From Rhizophagus irregularis (lineage: Eukaryota), in NCBI RefSeq assembly GCF_026210795.1, contig NC_089431.1, positions 248,001-312,000 on the forward strand: 64,000 bases of DNA, in the 5' to 3' direction. Position numbers and translations under genes: made by a program. Positions 52,153 through 64,000 of this stretch are shown here, piece after piece. Position 1 is the stretch's first letter. Every line of letters starts with the position of its first letter. The notes below the pieces were generated by a model. That model worked only from the letters and a program-made list of their open reading frames with translations, searched no databases and was not told the DNA's origin.

Positions 52153-53813
52153 ATGGATTTAATCCCAATTTTATTTCGTATCACTATTTTTATATTATCG
52201 TTTCTTTATATGATACCTTTAAATGAAGCTGCTCCAACACATTCGTCACCTTATGATGCTATAACCGAATTTCACATTGTGTTTGTTATTCCAATAACTT
52301 TTCATTCCACTAATATTTTAGGAACTTTATTTATCTTTTACCGTAAGTAATTTTATTAATCTAAAAAAAAAAATAGATTTTGAATTCAACCAATTAATAT
52401 TTTCTATAGGAACGTACTTACGATGGAAACGTGATCATAGAAGTATTGTATTATCACTTAGATTTCCATTTTATTTAGCAATTACAGGTAAGCAATCTCA
52501 ATTTATTTTCATCATGTTTTACTGTTTTAATTATTTATAATAATTATTATATATATATAATTATCTTTATATTATAAGATTTTCTTTATTCATCGTCAGA
52601 CCTAATCAATTATGTAAGTAAATTAGCAAAAATATTTATTAAGATTATATTAACTAAAATTTAAAAATAATCATTATCGTTATAGTCATTATTTAAAATA
52701 TTCATTATCGTTAATCTTATAGTCATATTCGGCTTCAAATAAATCAAAATTCTTAAATAATGAAGTCATCACTTTACCATCTCCATTATGTGAAATCATG
52801 GGATTTTCTATCGTATTATTCGTTTCTTTTAACGTGTTATTGGTAAGTTTTTTAAAAATTTGACCTTATAAAAACCCTCGACACATCATGTTTTTCGGAA
52901 TTACGTTTAATTTTTAAAAATCTTATCAATAGGTTGGAGCTATATCTATTATCACTTGGTTACGGGTAGTGCAAGAATACTATTTCGAATTAGGAAAATA
53001 TGATTACAAAATTTGGTTTCCAATTGTTATCTTATCATTAATTTTCCCTCTAAGTACGCTAAACGCCTATGGTCCTACAAAATACAAGTATGTCACACGT
53101 TAATCATGTCAGTCAAATGATCAACCGCGTGATATTCTTATACTTTTTTTTTTATTAGTTGTGGGGTTAAACCTGAAGCTAGTGCTATAATGAAAATATT
53201 TTTTATTCTAATAGTTCTCACATTAGCAACTATTTTGTTTTGTTACATACATATATTAACAAAGATTCGTAGAGTTAAAGAAGAAAATTCATCAGTCTCA
53301 AGTTCGAATAATAGTTGGATGTATCTTAACAATATTGAAAAAAAAACTCTTAAAAAAGTTTTAACTTATATTTTAGTATTCATATTACAATATGTTCCTG
53401 TTCTAATTTATAACATGTGTAGATTATTAAAGGTAAAGATAATGTCCTTTATTTATTTATTTTTATTTGTTTTTTATGAAATTGTTTATAACAATATAAT
53501 TTAAAAATAATTAGATTCAAAATTTTATAATTGGTGTTATCGTTTCTTCAGGTAATTTTTTTTTTAAAATATACATATATATATATATATATTTGTTTTA
53601 TATTGATCGATATTTAACAAAAAGTATTAATTCTATTTTTTTTTAGCTATATCTTTAGGAGGAATAGGTAACGTAATTCAATATATATGTAATGAAGGAT
53701 TTAGATATCAATCATCAAGCGTTACTTGTTCAGATTATAAATCCGAAACAAAAGCTGAAGCAGATGATGAACAGAAATCAAATGATGATTCAATTATTAC
53801 TAATAATGTATGA
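52153..53813 (+). CDS. 7TM GPCR-like receptor (paralog 3)
   Basis: Exons 52153-52342, 52410-52487, 52579-52613, 52723-52842, 52933-53087, 53159-53432, 53515-53551 and 53647-53813 are in frame. Motifs: RFPFYLAITD, GKYDYKIW, KKVLTYILVFILQYVP, GGIGNVIQYICNEG. Confidence 0.85.
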
Positions 53814-54253
53814 TTGATTATTTGATAATATAAAATATGTAAAATTATTTTTTTATGTTTGTAAGAATTTTATTAAGTTTTAATATAATAATAAGTTCAA
53901 TGTAATAAGTATAAATTTATTTATAATGTATAAATTCGTATTAAATATAAATGTATAAAATTCGATTATACAGTTAAACGTAATGATTAAAGATGTTAAT
54001 TAAATAAATTATGTTATACAAATATTTATTGATTATGAAAATGAAAAAAATATTAAAATAAATATTATGATTTACACCAATCACTAAATTGATCGATATG
54101 AATACAAAAAAGGAAAAAGTCAAAATTAACTGGAAATGTATTATGTAGTTTGCCAAACATGAGATCGACAATTAAAATTTGTGTATAGTATGTATACGTA
54201 TACGTAATTACGTATCGTCACTTCTCGATACTTGGCCTGACGACCATCTCGCC

Positions 54254-54784
54254 AGGACCCAGAAATATATATACAGGGGTAGGGTACACAAATGCGTCGC
54301 CATCATAGTGGAATTAGACGGAGTAAAGTTTTGATTTGCGTACAATTTTAGAATTTTTCATCTATAGTTAGGTCATCAAGATTGCGTATTTTTTATCAAA
54401 ATTTTTATATGTAAAAAATTAGTTTGCGTATTTTTGACCTAAATTTGGCTAATCTTATATATATAATATATTTACTGTAAGTACTTATTTAATTAACCGA
54501 ATTGTAAGAAATTTCTAAGGGTTAAAAAGTGAAATTTTAGAAAAATATTATAAAAAAATGGTAAATTCTATTTTTTCACATTAGTATTTTGTTTTATAAA
54601 TAATATAGAAGCCATGATAAAATAATTAATAACTTAATGTCTGAAATTTTATTTGCGTATTTTTGCAGGATTTTCAATATCAGGTGTCAATTATGCGTAC
54701 TACTCATATAAAAAGTCTCTGCGTACAGCTCATAGTAAAAAAATTTTTCGCCACCTGACCCCTATATATATATTTCTGGGTCCT
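54254..54784. mobile_element. Non-autonomous TIR element with 8-9 bp TSD (hAT/Merlin/MULE-type)
   Basis: TIRs AGGACCCAGAAATATATATA.AGGGGT. TSD ATCTCGCC(A) at 54246 and 54785. The site is empty in the duplicate at ~63375-63395. Confidence 0.85.
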
Positions 54785-54950
54785 ATCTCGCCAACCCTGC
54801 TACCCGCTGAACAGGGGCATTCATATAGAATTATTTTACCTTTGCAAAAACTGTGGAATAGCTAATTTAAAAAGTTGATTAAAAAAAGAGGTTACTTTTA
54901 GCATATGAGAAATTAACATTAAAAACAGATTTCTTCAGATTTTTTTTTTC

Positions 54951-56069
54951 TTTTTTTTTTAAAAAAAAATTAGCAACGCGTTTATTAATTTATTAATCAA
55001 TATATAGAAAAGATTACATAAACATTAAAACACTAAGAAAGCAAATTAAAAATTAATTTACTCTCTATAACTAAAGTATTCGAACAATACCTATATACTA
55101 AAAAACTATCTAATCTAATCTAAAATGTAAACTAAACTAATTTTGGTATTAAATTCCAACTTTTCGTATCTTTTCCTTCTGTGAACCTACCAATTATTTT
55201 ACTAATTTAATATCATTTTCTCTCTTTTTATATTTTTCGTTAATTTTTAATTATTTTCTTCGATTTCTATATTTTTATCTTCACTCTCTATATCTCTATC
55301 TTTAAATTTTCTAACTCTTTTATCTGATTTTTTAATACCTAAACTTTGTTCTAACTCGTTACTAACTTCATTACACCTTTTGATCTAAAATTCCTTCTTT
55401 AACGCGTTAAAACAAAACACCCAAAGCTCATTTATCAGTTCTTTCTCATCTTTATCTTTTGATACTTTATTAAATTTACCATTATAAACTCCTCTAATCA
55501 ATTCCCAATATTTATCTTTTCCGATCAGAACTTCTGATTTTTCATACAAAATCTTTAAAAAACTAAAATTCATGTTCTGTAATAATTTTACTTCCTCATG
55601 CTTTTCTTCATTCAATAAATGTTCTTCGAAATCACTAATCGAACGTTCTATAACTTCTTTAATCGTTAACTCGTTCTTTTCACAGATCCATAAATGATCC
55701 CAATTTTCAACTCCATTTTTACATCTAATACATTGATCTGTTTCTATCATATTCACATCTCTTTTGTACAATATCTCGTAGGTCGGCAATTCTTTTAAAA
55801 AATTTTTAATTTTATATGAACGTTCCCATACATCTTCTTTTTCGATTTCCCATGATGTACAGTTACTATTTCGATTACTAATAAATTGTAACGTTCTATT
55901 CCAATCAAATTCGCCTTTATGATTATAAAAAAACAAATCTTCCACCTTCCTACTGTTAAGCATTTCATTTTTCCAAATTAATTCAGAACATTTTTTACGC
56001 CACGCTCTAATGCCTCCAGGAATTAAATGTTTTTTCCAATATAGATTAAAATCGTCGAAAGACATTGCT
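54951..56069 (-). mobile_element. 5'-truncated LINE insertion with poly(A) end and 17-bp TSD
   Basis: ORF 56065-55385 contains a CCHC knuckle CIRC-x8-H-x3-C. A probably premature TAG gives KKEF*IKRCNEV. T-run at 54951-54960. TSD TTCAGA(T10)C at 54934-54950 and 56070-56086. Absent from the duplicate (~63435). Confidence 0.9.
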
Positions 56070-58674
56070 TTCAGATTTTTTTTTTCAGTTTCATCAATTA
56101 AAACTAAAAATGATTATCAATTATGCCGAAAATAATCAAAGAATTTTTTTTTATCAAAATAAAATTTTACTTCGCATAGATTTTACTAATGTTAAATTAT
56201 TTTTTAAATTCAAATTATTAAAAATCCGAATCTGATGATAAAATGATCAGCAGTATACCAAACTTATACTAATTTTTTTATAGTGAATGTGTGATGACCA
56301 AAGATTTATTTTTGTTTAAAAAATGTGTTGTATAACTGAAAAAGAAAACCATAATAAAATTTTGTAAGTTCTGAGGAATTTGGGAAACTTTAGAAAATTT
56401 CAGAAAATCATAATTTAAATTAAAAACTCATAACGAACTTTTTTTCTTTAAATCAAAACCATTTATAATTAATTTTATCACTATATACCGACTTTATTAT
56501 AAATTTCGCGATATTACCGAAGTTTAATTATAAATCAGTCATATTTATTTATTCGCGATTAACTGATACCTTCTTAATTCCGGCCGGAATTAACTTAGTC
56601 TCGGCCGGCACTATTCAACGCAGCAGATCAGTCACCTGATATCTACGAGTCTTAAAAGTTTCCATTATATAGTATTGATACTATAAACATATTTTGACAA
56701 GATAAAATATCTGACATTACTTGATAATATATTTAAGTATACCGAATTTTTATATTTAAATCGGTATAATAAAAATATATTGATTTATCGAATATTTGAT
56801 ATAACGACCAAAAATCAGGACCTGAACGGAGGGTTCATATCGAGTTCTGATTGTAGATGTTTATCAAAATTTAGATTTTTTTAATAAAAGATGTGTTAAA
56901 AGTTGGAACGGCCCTACTGTACTATTCTTTTAAATATATTACTTGAAAAATACACCCGTGTTAATAAACACTCATAATATTTCCACTCCAAAAAAAAAAA
57001 TTCATTTCCAAATGTTTGAATAAATTAAAACACCTTATGGTTGAAATTAACTATAAGTAGTAGCGATAAGTCACATGAAATTCCTAACGTTAAGTTAATA
57101 AGTTATGTAAACGGAATGATTACATAAAATCTTGATCTTTTGATCTTTCATATAAAATATATATGTCCTGATACCGATTGTTATGCGTATAAGCGTATTT
57201 TTTTCCCTCAACATGATCATCTCTTACGATAATTTCGTAATGTAATCGTGCTATATTCCCATTTTTTATATCCAATTTGCTTATACGTTAATATACAGTA
57301 TATTTATTTATTTTATTCTTATTTTTATTTTTTTTCTCGAAATATTTTTCATGTTTAATTATTAATTTATTCAACATGTGGGATATTTTATGGATATTGT
57401 ACGGTGTTGTATTTATATTGATTAACGTCACGAATTGAAACATTATTATGTAAAGTTATTAGATAAATTTCTCGCGAATTTATCTTGGCAATCAAAAAAT
57501 ATAAAATAATTTCAAATTATACAAATCATTTTAAAAAATAAACAAAAAAAAGAAATGTAACACACAAAGTCCAATTTTTGGGAACGTGATCGAGTTGCGT
57601 TCAGTCGTCAAATGATAATTGACTCGCGTCACCTGAATATTGTCTGAATCTCCTGAATCGTATAATATAATCATAATTTGACCCAATAACGATATTATCT
57701 TGTGACCCATTTTATGGACTTTAGCTTAATTATAGCTTAATTATAGATTATTTTTGATTTTTAAGAATAACAAAATTATCGGCAATTATGTTTAATATAC
57801 GGAGCACGATAATAATTTATAATTTTAGGTAATATCAACATATAAAGCAAATAGGCGTTAAAATTGGCCCAGTATCCCAGTATGACGAACTTTAATTTTT
57901 GGGAATACAATGATTACAATGATCGTAAATTTATGTATAATTTATGTATAAATATTATTGTGTTTAATTGAATTTTACCAAAGTAATATAATTATTCTAT
58001 ATTTATTATATGAGTGGTTGTTAAAATATTTTTTTTAAAAAAATTTTTTTTACAGGTTATAAAAAAGAAATAAAAGTGTAACATTATGTCATGTAAATTA
58101 TTTGTATATGTAATAATATATAATCATTTAATGGTAATCCTGTGATCCGTTACGATTTTTTTTTTAGTATCAGGCGATGCAGGCGTGCAGCATTTACTAA
58201 TTTTGTAAATTTCTGGTAATCATTTACAAGCAATTCCCATTTTTTTAAACAAATACAATACGCCAATTTAAACAAGTTAATTTTATTACTTCATTTCCTT
58301 CTTCCTCATTTGTAATATCGTATACCGTAATATGATTTTTAGTAAACAAACCTGAATTTTTTTAATTGGTTAACGATTACAATTAGGATCGTCGCAGATG
58401 GATCCACATGATTTACGAAAACATTTATCTGCTATCTGCTAACTGTTATTATTTATCTGCTATCTGTTATATGATCTCCAGATTAGAAATTGTATCACAA
58501 ACTTTAAATCCCGAACTAACTATCATTATCTCATTGTTAAATGTTAGAAACATAGTGAATATATATGATTTATATAACAATTACAGGTTAAATATGATTT
58601 AAATGTAAAGATAGTAATTGTCTGAGCGAATCAACAAATTTGCGTTAATCCATACATTTTCCATTTATCTACCT

Positions 58675-58955
58675 GATATAATACTGTCTAGTAATTATTT
58701 CATTGTTAATTTAACGTGTTTTTAATGTACATGTAATATTGGATACGATTTGTAATGTTAAAAAGAAAATTCATTCATTACAAATTCGCATAGTAATATT
58801 GTGCAGCTTACCAATTGAAAGAACTTTAAAAACAGTTTCAAATCCTTTTACTTTAGAAATGATGAACGTTATGTAAATCATATAATAATTTATTATAAAA
58901 TAAAGTACATTTTTCGACGTGGTAGTATATTGTACTTAACGTTCTCATTCCGACC
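58675..58955 (+). pseudogene. Duplicated, further deleted GPCR relic (exons 6-7)
   Basis: Copy of ~49840-50125. The exon-5 remnant is deleted in this copy. Confidence 0.55.
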
Positions 58956-61012
58956 GACATTCGATGAAATTGTTTCATTAATGCATTCAGCATCATAAAC
59001 ATTTACAATTCTTGGAAAATTTTTTATCGAATATTTGCTTATCCTAAAATTTTATTGTTATTATTAAATTAAATTACAAGATTATGTAACTATATGTATA
59101 AAAATTAAATTTGTTAATATGAAATAATAAAATTATACTAACGTAACAGTAGTTTCGTAGTATATTAATGTATCTTTACTAAATCTGATTGTTATGTTTT
59201 CATTAAATATTGTGTATCTATCTGTGTAATTTCTCACTTATTTTGTAAAAAAACAAATAATTATTACATATTAAAATATTAATTATTTTTTAATTTTTCC
59301 AAATAATAATGTTATGTATTTTATTAGATTAAAAAGGGGGAATTTATGTCACCCGATTCTGCTAGTAGTAATACCCGAATGGTAAGTTTTTATAGCGGTT
59401 TGCAGAATTCTGAAATACGTTTAAGGTTTATTATTTTGGTCAACTGACTGAACGAAATAGAAAATCATCAAAAATAATCGCATTATTTTTATTATTTTAC
59501 TACATGATTATTTTTATTAATTACAGAATATTGCAATCCGTAATAAATTAAAATGTAATTTGGTACAGTAAATGGACGAGAATAAATGATTACGCTTGCG
59601 CGATTTATTTTTCCCAATGTTCACAAAAAAAAATATATTTATATTAATTATAATTTACGAAATTATATTTCTCTTTTAATGGGAATTACGTACGCTTATA
59701 CTATTTATGCCAAGAAAATGTACTAATTACTACCATTTAACTAAATGATTGAAATGTGACTCTTAACGAATCAAGAGAATAAGGAATTTGTAAATAACCT
59801 GAGACAGTAAATATTATAAATAATCTCGAAATTTACCGAAACCTTATTGTTGTGTACAATATAATTAGTAAAGTTATATCAGTTATATCGCAAATACCGC
59901 AAATAGAACGTTTTAAGTTCTTTTCCATAAATGAATTTATTAATAGAGCAAAAAAAAAATTCTGTAAAAATACTAAATAATTCCAAAATTATCAAAATTT
60001 TTTAGGGGAAGGGACGTAAAATCTAACATATTTTAAATGTCTATGCAACAAAGTACTGTATATCATAGTTTAAAAAAAAACAGTTTTTTTTATGTTTTTA
60101 TAAATTCACCATTATATGTAATTATCATTGGATGATCACAAAGAAAAACCATTTTTGCTTAAATTTTATTTATTTGTTTATTTTGTGTCAATAAATAAGA
60201 GTAAAATAATTAGATAAGTGATATAAATGAAAACGCCACACAAAAAGTCTAGACCTTGTTTCGTAATAAGTACAAACTATTTAGAATTTTCTATTCAAAT
60301 TTATTTGAAATTTCGCTTCGGCATATTTCATATATCACATACCTTAAATTTTAATTTTTGTATTCAATAAATATTATTATTTGTATCATTAATAATAAAG
60401 TTGAAAAAAAAATAGTTTTATTTTTGCAAGATTTTCGAAATCTAATCTTTAATACAAGATTTTATCGGGGTTAATAAATTCCGTCAACGCAGGCACGTGA
60501 AGTAGAACTTACCAGAATAATTATATATATTAGTAAATGGAACATACCTTGATATCCCCCGCCTAACTATTTCATCACCTTTTTCTTTTTATTTATGCGT
60601 GATATTTGTTTTTAAATGTATTTTGTTTTGTTGGAACTCTCAATAATAAGATTAACACTCTGGATATAATTGGATAAATTAAAATAAAAAAATTCAATAT
60701 TAGTACAAAAATAAACAAGACCCGTAGGGCCGTGCTTATGCAATGCTTGTATCAAAGAAATTGCAGCACAAGTTTTATAAATAATATGTTTGTTTTAATT
60801 ATCTCATTAACATGTTATGATATATAATCATGACCGTTTTATTTTCGCACAAATTATTATTATACGGCAGATATCATTTAACTTTATTTTCGGTAGGAGT
60901 GCAAACTATATATAAAAGCTCCCAATCGTTTATCGTCATTATTACTTACACGTTATTAATTTTATAATCATATAATAATTCAACATTCGCTTAATATTTT
61001 TATAGAAAAAAA

Positions 61013-62670
61013 ATGGATTTAATCCCATTTTTATTTCGTATCACTATTTTTATATTATCGTTTCTTTATATGATACCTTTAAATGAAGCTGCTCCAACAC
61101 ATTCGTCACCTTATGATGCTATAACCGAATTTCACATTGTGTTTGTTATTCCAATAACTTTTCATTCCATTAATATTTTAGGAACTTTATTTATCTTTTA
61201 CCGTAAGTAATTTTATTAATCTAAAAAAAATTGATTTTTGAATTCAATCAATTAATATTTTCTATCTTTAGGAACGTACTTACGATGGAAACTTGATCAT
61301 AGAGGTATTATATTATCACTTAGATTTCCATTTTATTTAGCAATTACAGGTAAGCATTCTCAATTTATTTTTTCATGTTTTACTGTTTTAATTATTTATA
61401 ATAATTATTATATATATATAATTATCCTCATATTATAAGATTTTCTTTATTCATCAGCAAGCTTAATTAATTATGTAAGTAAATTAGTAAAATATTCATT
61501 ATCGTTATAGTCATTAGTTAAAAATATTCATTATCGTTAATCTTATAGTCATATTCGGCTTCAAATAAATCAAAATTCTTAAATAATGAAGTCATCTCTT
61601 TACCATCTCCATTATGTGAAATCATGGGATTTTCTGTCGTATTATTCGTTTCTTTTAACATGTTATTGGTAAGTTTTTTAAAAATTTGACCTTATAAAAA
61701 CCCTCGATCGACATACAGTATCATGTTTTTCGGAATTACGTTTAATTTTTAAAAATCTTATCAATAGGTTGGAGCTATATCTATTACCACTTGGTTAAGG
61801 GTAGTGCAAGAATACTATTTCGAATTAGGAAAATATGATTACAAAATTTGGTTTCCAATTGTTATCTTATCATTAATTTTCCCTCTAAGTACGCTAAACG
61901 CCTATGGTTCTACAAAATACAAGTATGTCATTACGTTAATCACTTAAACCATGTAATCAGTCAAATGATCAACCACGTGATGTTCATACACTTTTTTTTT
62001 TATTAGTTGCGCGACTAAACCTGAAGCTAGTGCTGTAATGACAATATTTTTTATTCTAATAGTTCTCATATTAGCAACTATTGTGTTTTGTTACGTACAT
62101 ATATTAATAACGATTCATAGAGTTAAAGAAGAAAATTCATCAGTCTCAAGTTCGAATAATAGTTGGATGTATCTTAACAATATTGAAAAAAAAACTCTTA
62201 AAAAAGTTTTAACTTATATTTTAATATTCATATTACAATATGTTCCTGTTCTAATTTATAACATGTGTAGAATCTTAAAGGTAAAGAAAATATTTTATTT
62301 ATTTTTTTATTCATGATTTTTTATGAAATTGTTTGTAACAATATAATTTAAAAATAATTAGATTCAAAATTTTATAATTGGTGTTATCGTATCTTCAGGT
62401 AATTTTTAAATACAGTAAAAATATATATATATATATATTTGTTTATGTATTGATCGATATTTAACAAAAGTATTAATCCTATTTTTTTGTTTAGTTATAT
62501 GTTTAGGAGGAATAGGTAACGTAATTCAATATATGTGTAATGAAGGATTTAGATATCAATCATCAGGCAATGTTTATTCAGATTATAAATCTGAAACAAA
62601 ATCTGAAGCAGATGAAGCAGTTGATGAACAGAAATCAAATGATGATTCAATTATTACTAATAATGTATGA
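61013..62670 (+). CDS. 7TM GPCR-like receptor (paralog 4, recent duplicate of paralog 3)
   Basis: Exons 61013-61202, 61272-61349, 61440-61474, 61549-61668, 61768-61922, 62007-62280, 62362-62398 and 62495-62670 are in frame. Confidence 0.85.
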
Positions 62671-63012
62671 GATAGTAATATAAAATATGTAAAATTATTT
62701 TTTATGTTGGTAAGAAATTTATTATTTAAGTTTTAGAATCTTTTTTTAAATTTTTAATATAATAATAAGTTCAATGTAATAAGTATAAATTTATTTATAA
62801 TGTATAAATAATTCGTAGTATAAGTATAAATGTATAAAAATTCGATTATGTTATTTTTCTACAGTTAAGCGTAATGATTAAAGATGTTAATTAATTAAAT
62901 TATGTTATACAAATATTTATTGATTATGAAAATGTAAAAATACTAAATATTTTGATTTACACTCACTAAAATTGATCGATATGATACGAAAAAGGAAAAA
63001 GTCCAAATTAAC

Positions 63013-63149
63013 GGTTATGGGTCTAAATCGCGACGGGTCAAAATCCCGAATGTGTCAAAATCCCGACAGTTGGCCCGCGTTATGCAGAGTTATGCGTAAT
63101 CACGTGATATTTTTGACCAGCATTAGAATTCGATATTTTGACCGGATCC
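63013..63149. mobile_element. MULE-like MITE with 9-bp TSD
   Basis: TSD CAAATTAAC at 63004-63012 and 63150-63158. GG...CC ends with GGTC(A/T)AAAT subterminal arms. The site is empty at ~54121-54131. Confidence 0.75.
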
Positions 63150-63159
63150 CAAATTAACA

Positions 63160-63259
63160 CGGTTACACACCCTTCTCAGTGATCATTAAAGGTTATAACC
63201 TATATACTTGTGACATAAATAGTAAGGTTATAACCTTTGATGATCACCTGAGTGGGGTG
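63160..63259. mobile_element. Hairpin mini-element inserted next to the previous MITE
   Basis: Arms CACCC..CTCAGTGATCATTAAAGGTTATAACCT / AGGTTATAACCTTTGATGATCACCTGAG..GGGTG. Flanked by AATTAACA at 63152-63159 and 63260-63267. Absent from duplicate copy 1. Confidence 0.65.
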
Positions 63260-64000
63260 AATTAACAATGGAAATGTATTTGTAAATCAATGCCAAACAT
63301 GAGAAGTTCGGCAATTAAAATATACGTATCTAAAGTATCTTGTACGTACGTCTCGATACTTGTCCTGAAGAGTGACGACCATCCCGCAAGTCCTGCCACA
63401 GGAGGCATTCAAAGAGGTTACTTTTAGTATATGAGAAATTAACGTCAGTTTCATCAATTAAAACTAAAAAATATCAATTATGCCGAAAATGATCAAAGAA
63501 TTTTTTTTTTTTTATCAAAATACAATTTTACTTCGCATAGATTTTTACTAATGTTAAATTATTTTTTAATTTTTATTATTACTAAACTAAAAAAAGACAT
63601 GAGTTTTCATTTTTAAAAAATTAAAAATCCGAAGCTGATGATTAATACTATAAAATGATCAGTAGTATACTAAAATAATATTATGTTTAAAAAGTATATG
63701 ATTTTTTTTTATAGTATTGTGTGATGATCAAAGATTTATTTTTGTTTAAAAAATGTGTTGTTAAAAAGAAAATCATAATAAAATTTTGTAAGTTCTTCAA
63801 TTTGGGAAACTTTAGAAAATTTCAGAAAATCATAATTTAAATTTAAAGGATGGTATTTAATCATATGCAGTCATAACTCAATATAACAGATAACAAACCG
63901 ATTTTGGCCCATAACGAACTTTTTTCTTTAAATCAAAACCATTTATAATTAATTTTATGACATATAAGAAGTTTAATTATAAATCAGTCATATTTATTTA

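Larger units (their letters stand above)
48261..56551 (+). repeat. Segmental duplication copy 1 (GPCR relic, GPCR paralog 3 and flanks)
   Basis: Colinear with 57435-64000 from TTGAAACATTATTATGTAAAG onward. The copies differ by copy-specific TE insertions and indels. Confidence 0.9.
57435..64000 (+). repeat. Segmental duplication copy 2 (runs to window end)
   Basis: Colinear with 48261-56551. Confidence 0.9.

Noticed and set aside
143..55387. Trp-to-stop changes in several relics (143, 12594, 31890, 55385) as a sign of stop-codon recoding or RIP
   Set aside because: Intact genes here end normally in TGA/TAA and use TGG for Trp. The relics also have frameshifts or truncations, so ordinary G>A decay explains the stops.

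Overview
This is a very AT-rich, intron-rich eukaryotic window. Gene families and intron style point to an arbuscular mycorrhizal fungus (Glomeromycotina, Rhizophagus-like); this is an inference from sequence only. The left half (~2.9-28 kb) holds three tandem duplication units, each ending in an intact 6-exon TKL-like protein kinase with an N-terminal CxxC-x9-CxxC motif. Two units also carry a decayed membrane-protein gene. In the middle unit that gene is replaced by a ~4.7 kb patchwork of GC-rich hairpin islands, a kinase relic and a minisatellite. That patchwork includes an inverted repeat pair whose central 52-bp module is flipped between copies. The middle (28-34 kb) is mostly decayed genes: a RING-family pseudogene and a phage/giant-virus-type double HNH/NUMOD endonuclease pseudogene, both hit by MITEs. 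The right half (37-64 kb) is a tandem array of four intact 8-exon, signal-peptide-bearing 7TM GPCR-like genes plus two relics; the last two genes lie in a recent ~9 kb segmental duplication. Two LINE 3' fragments and many MITEs (Tc1/mariner-, hAT-, MULE-like) are scattered throughout. No rRNA, tRNA or CRISPR array was recognised.
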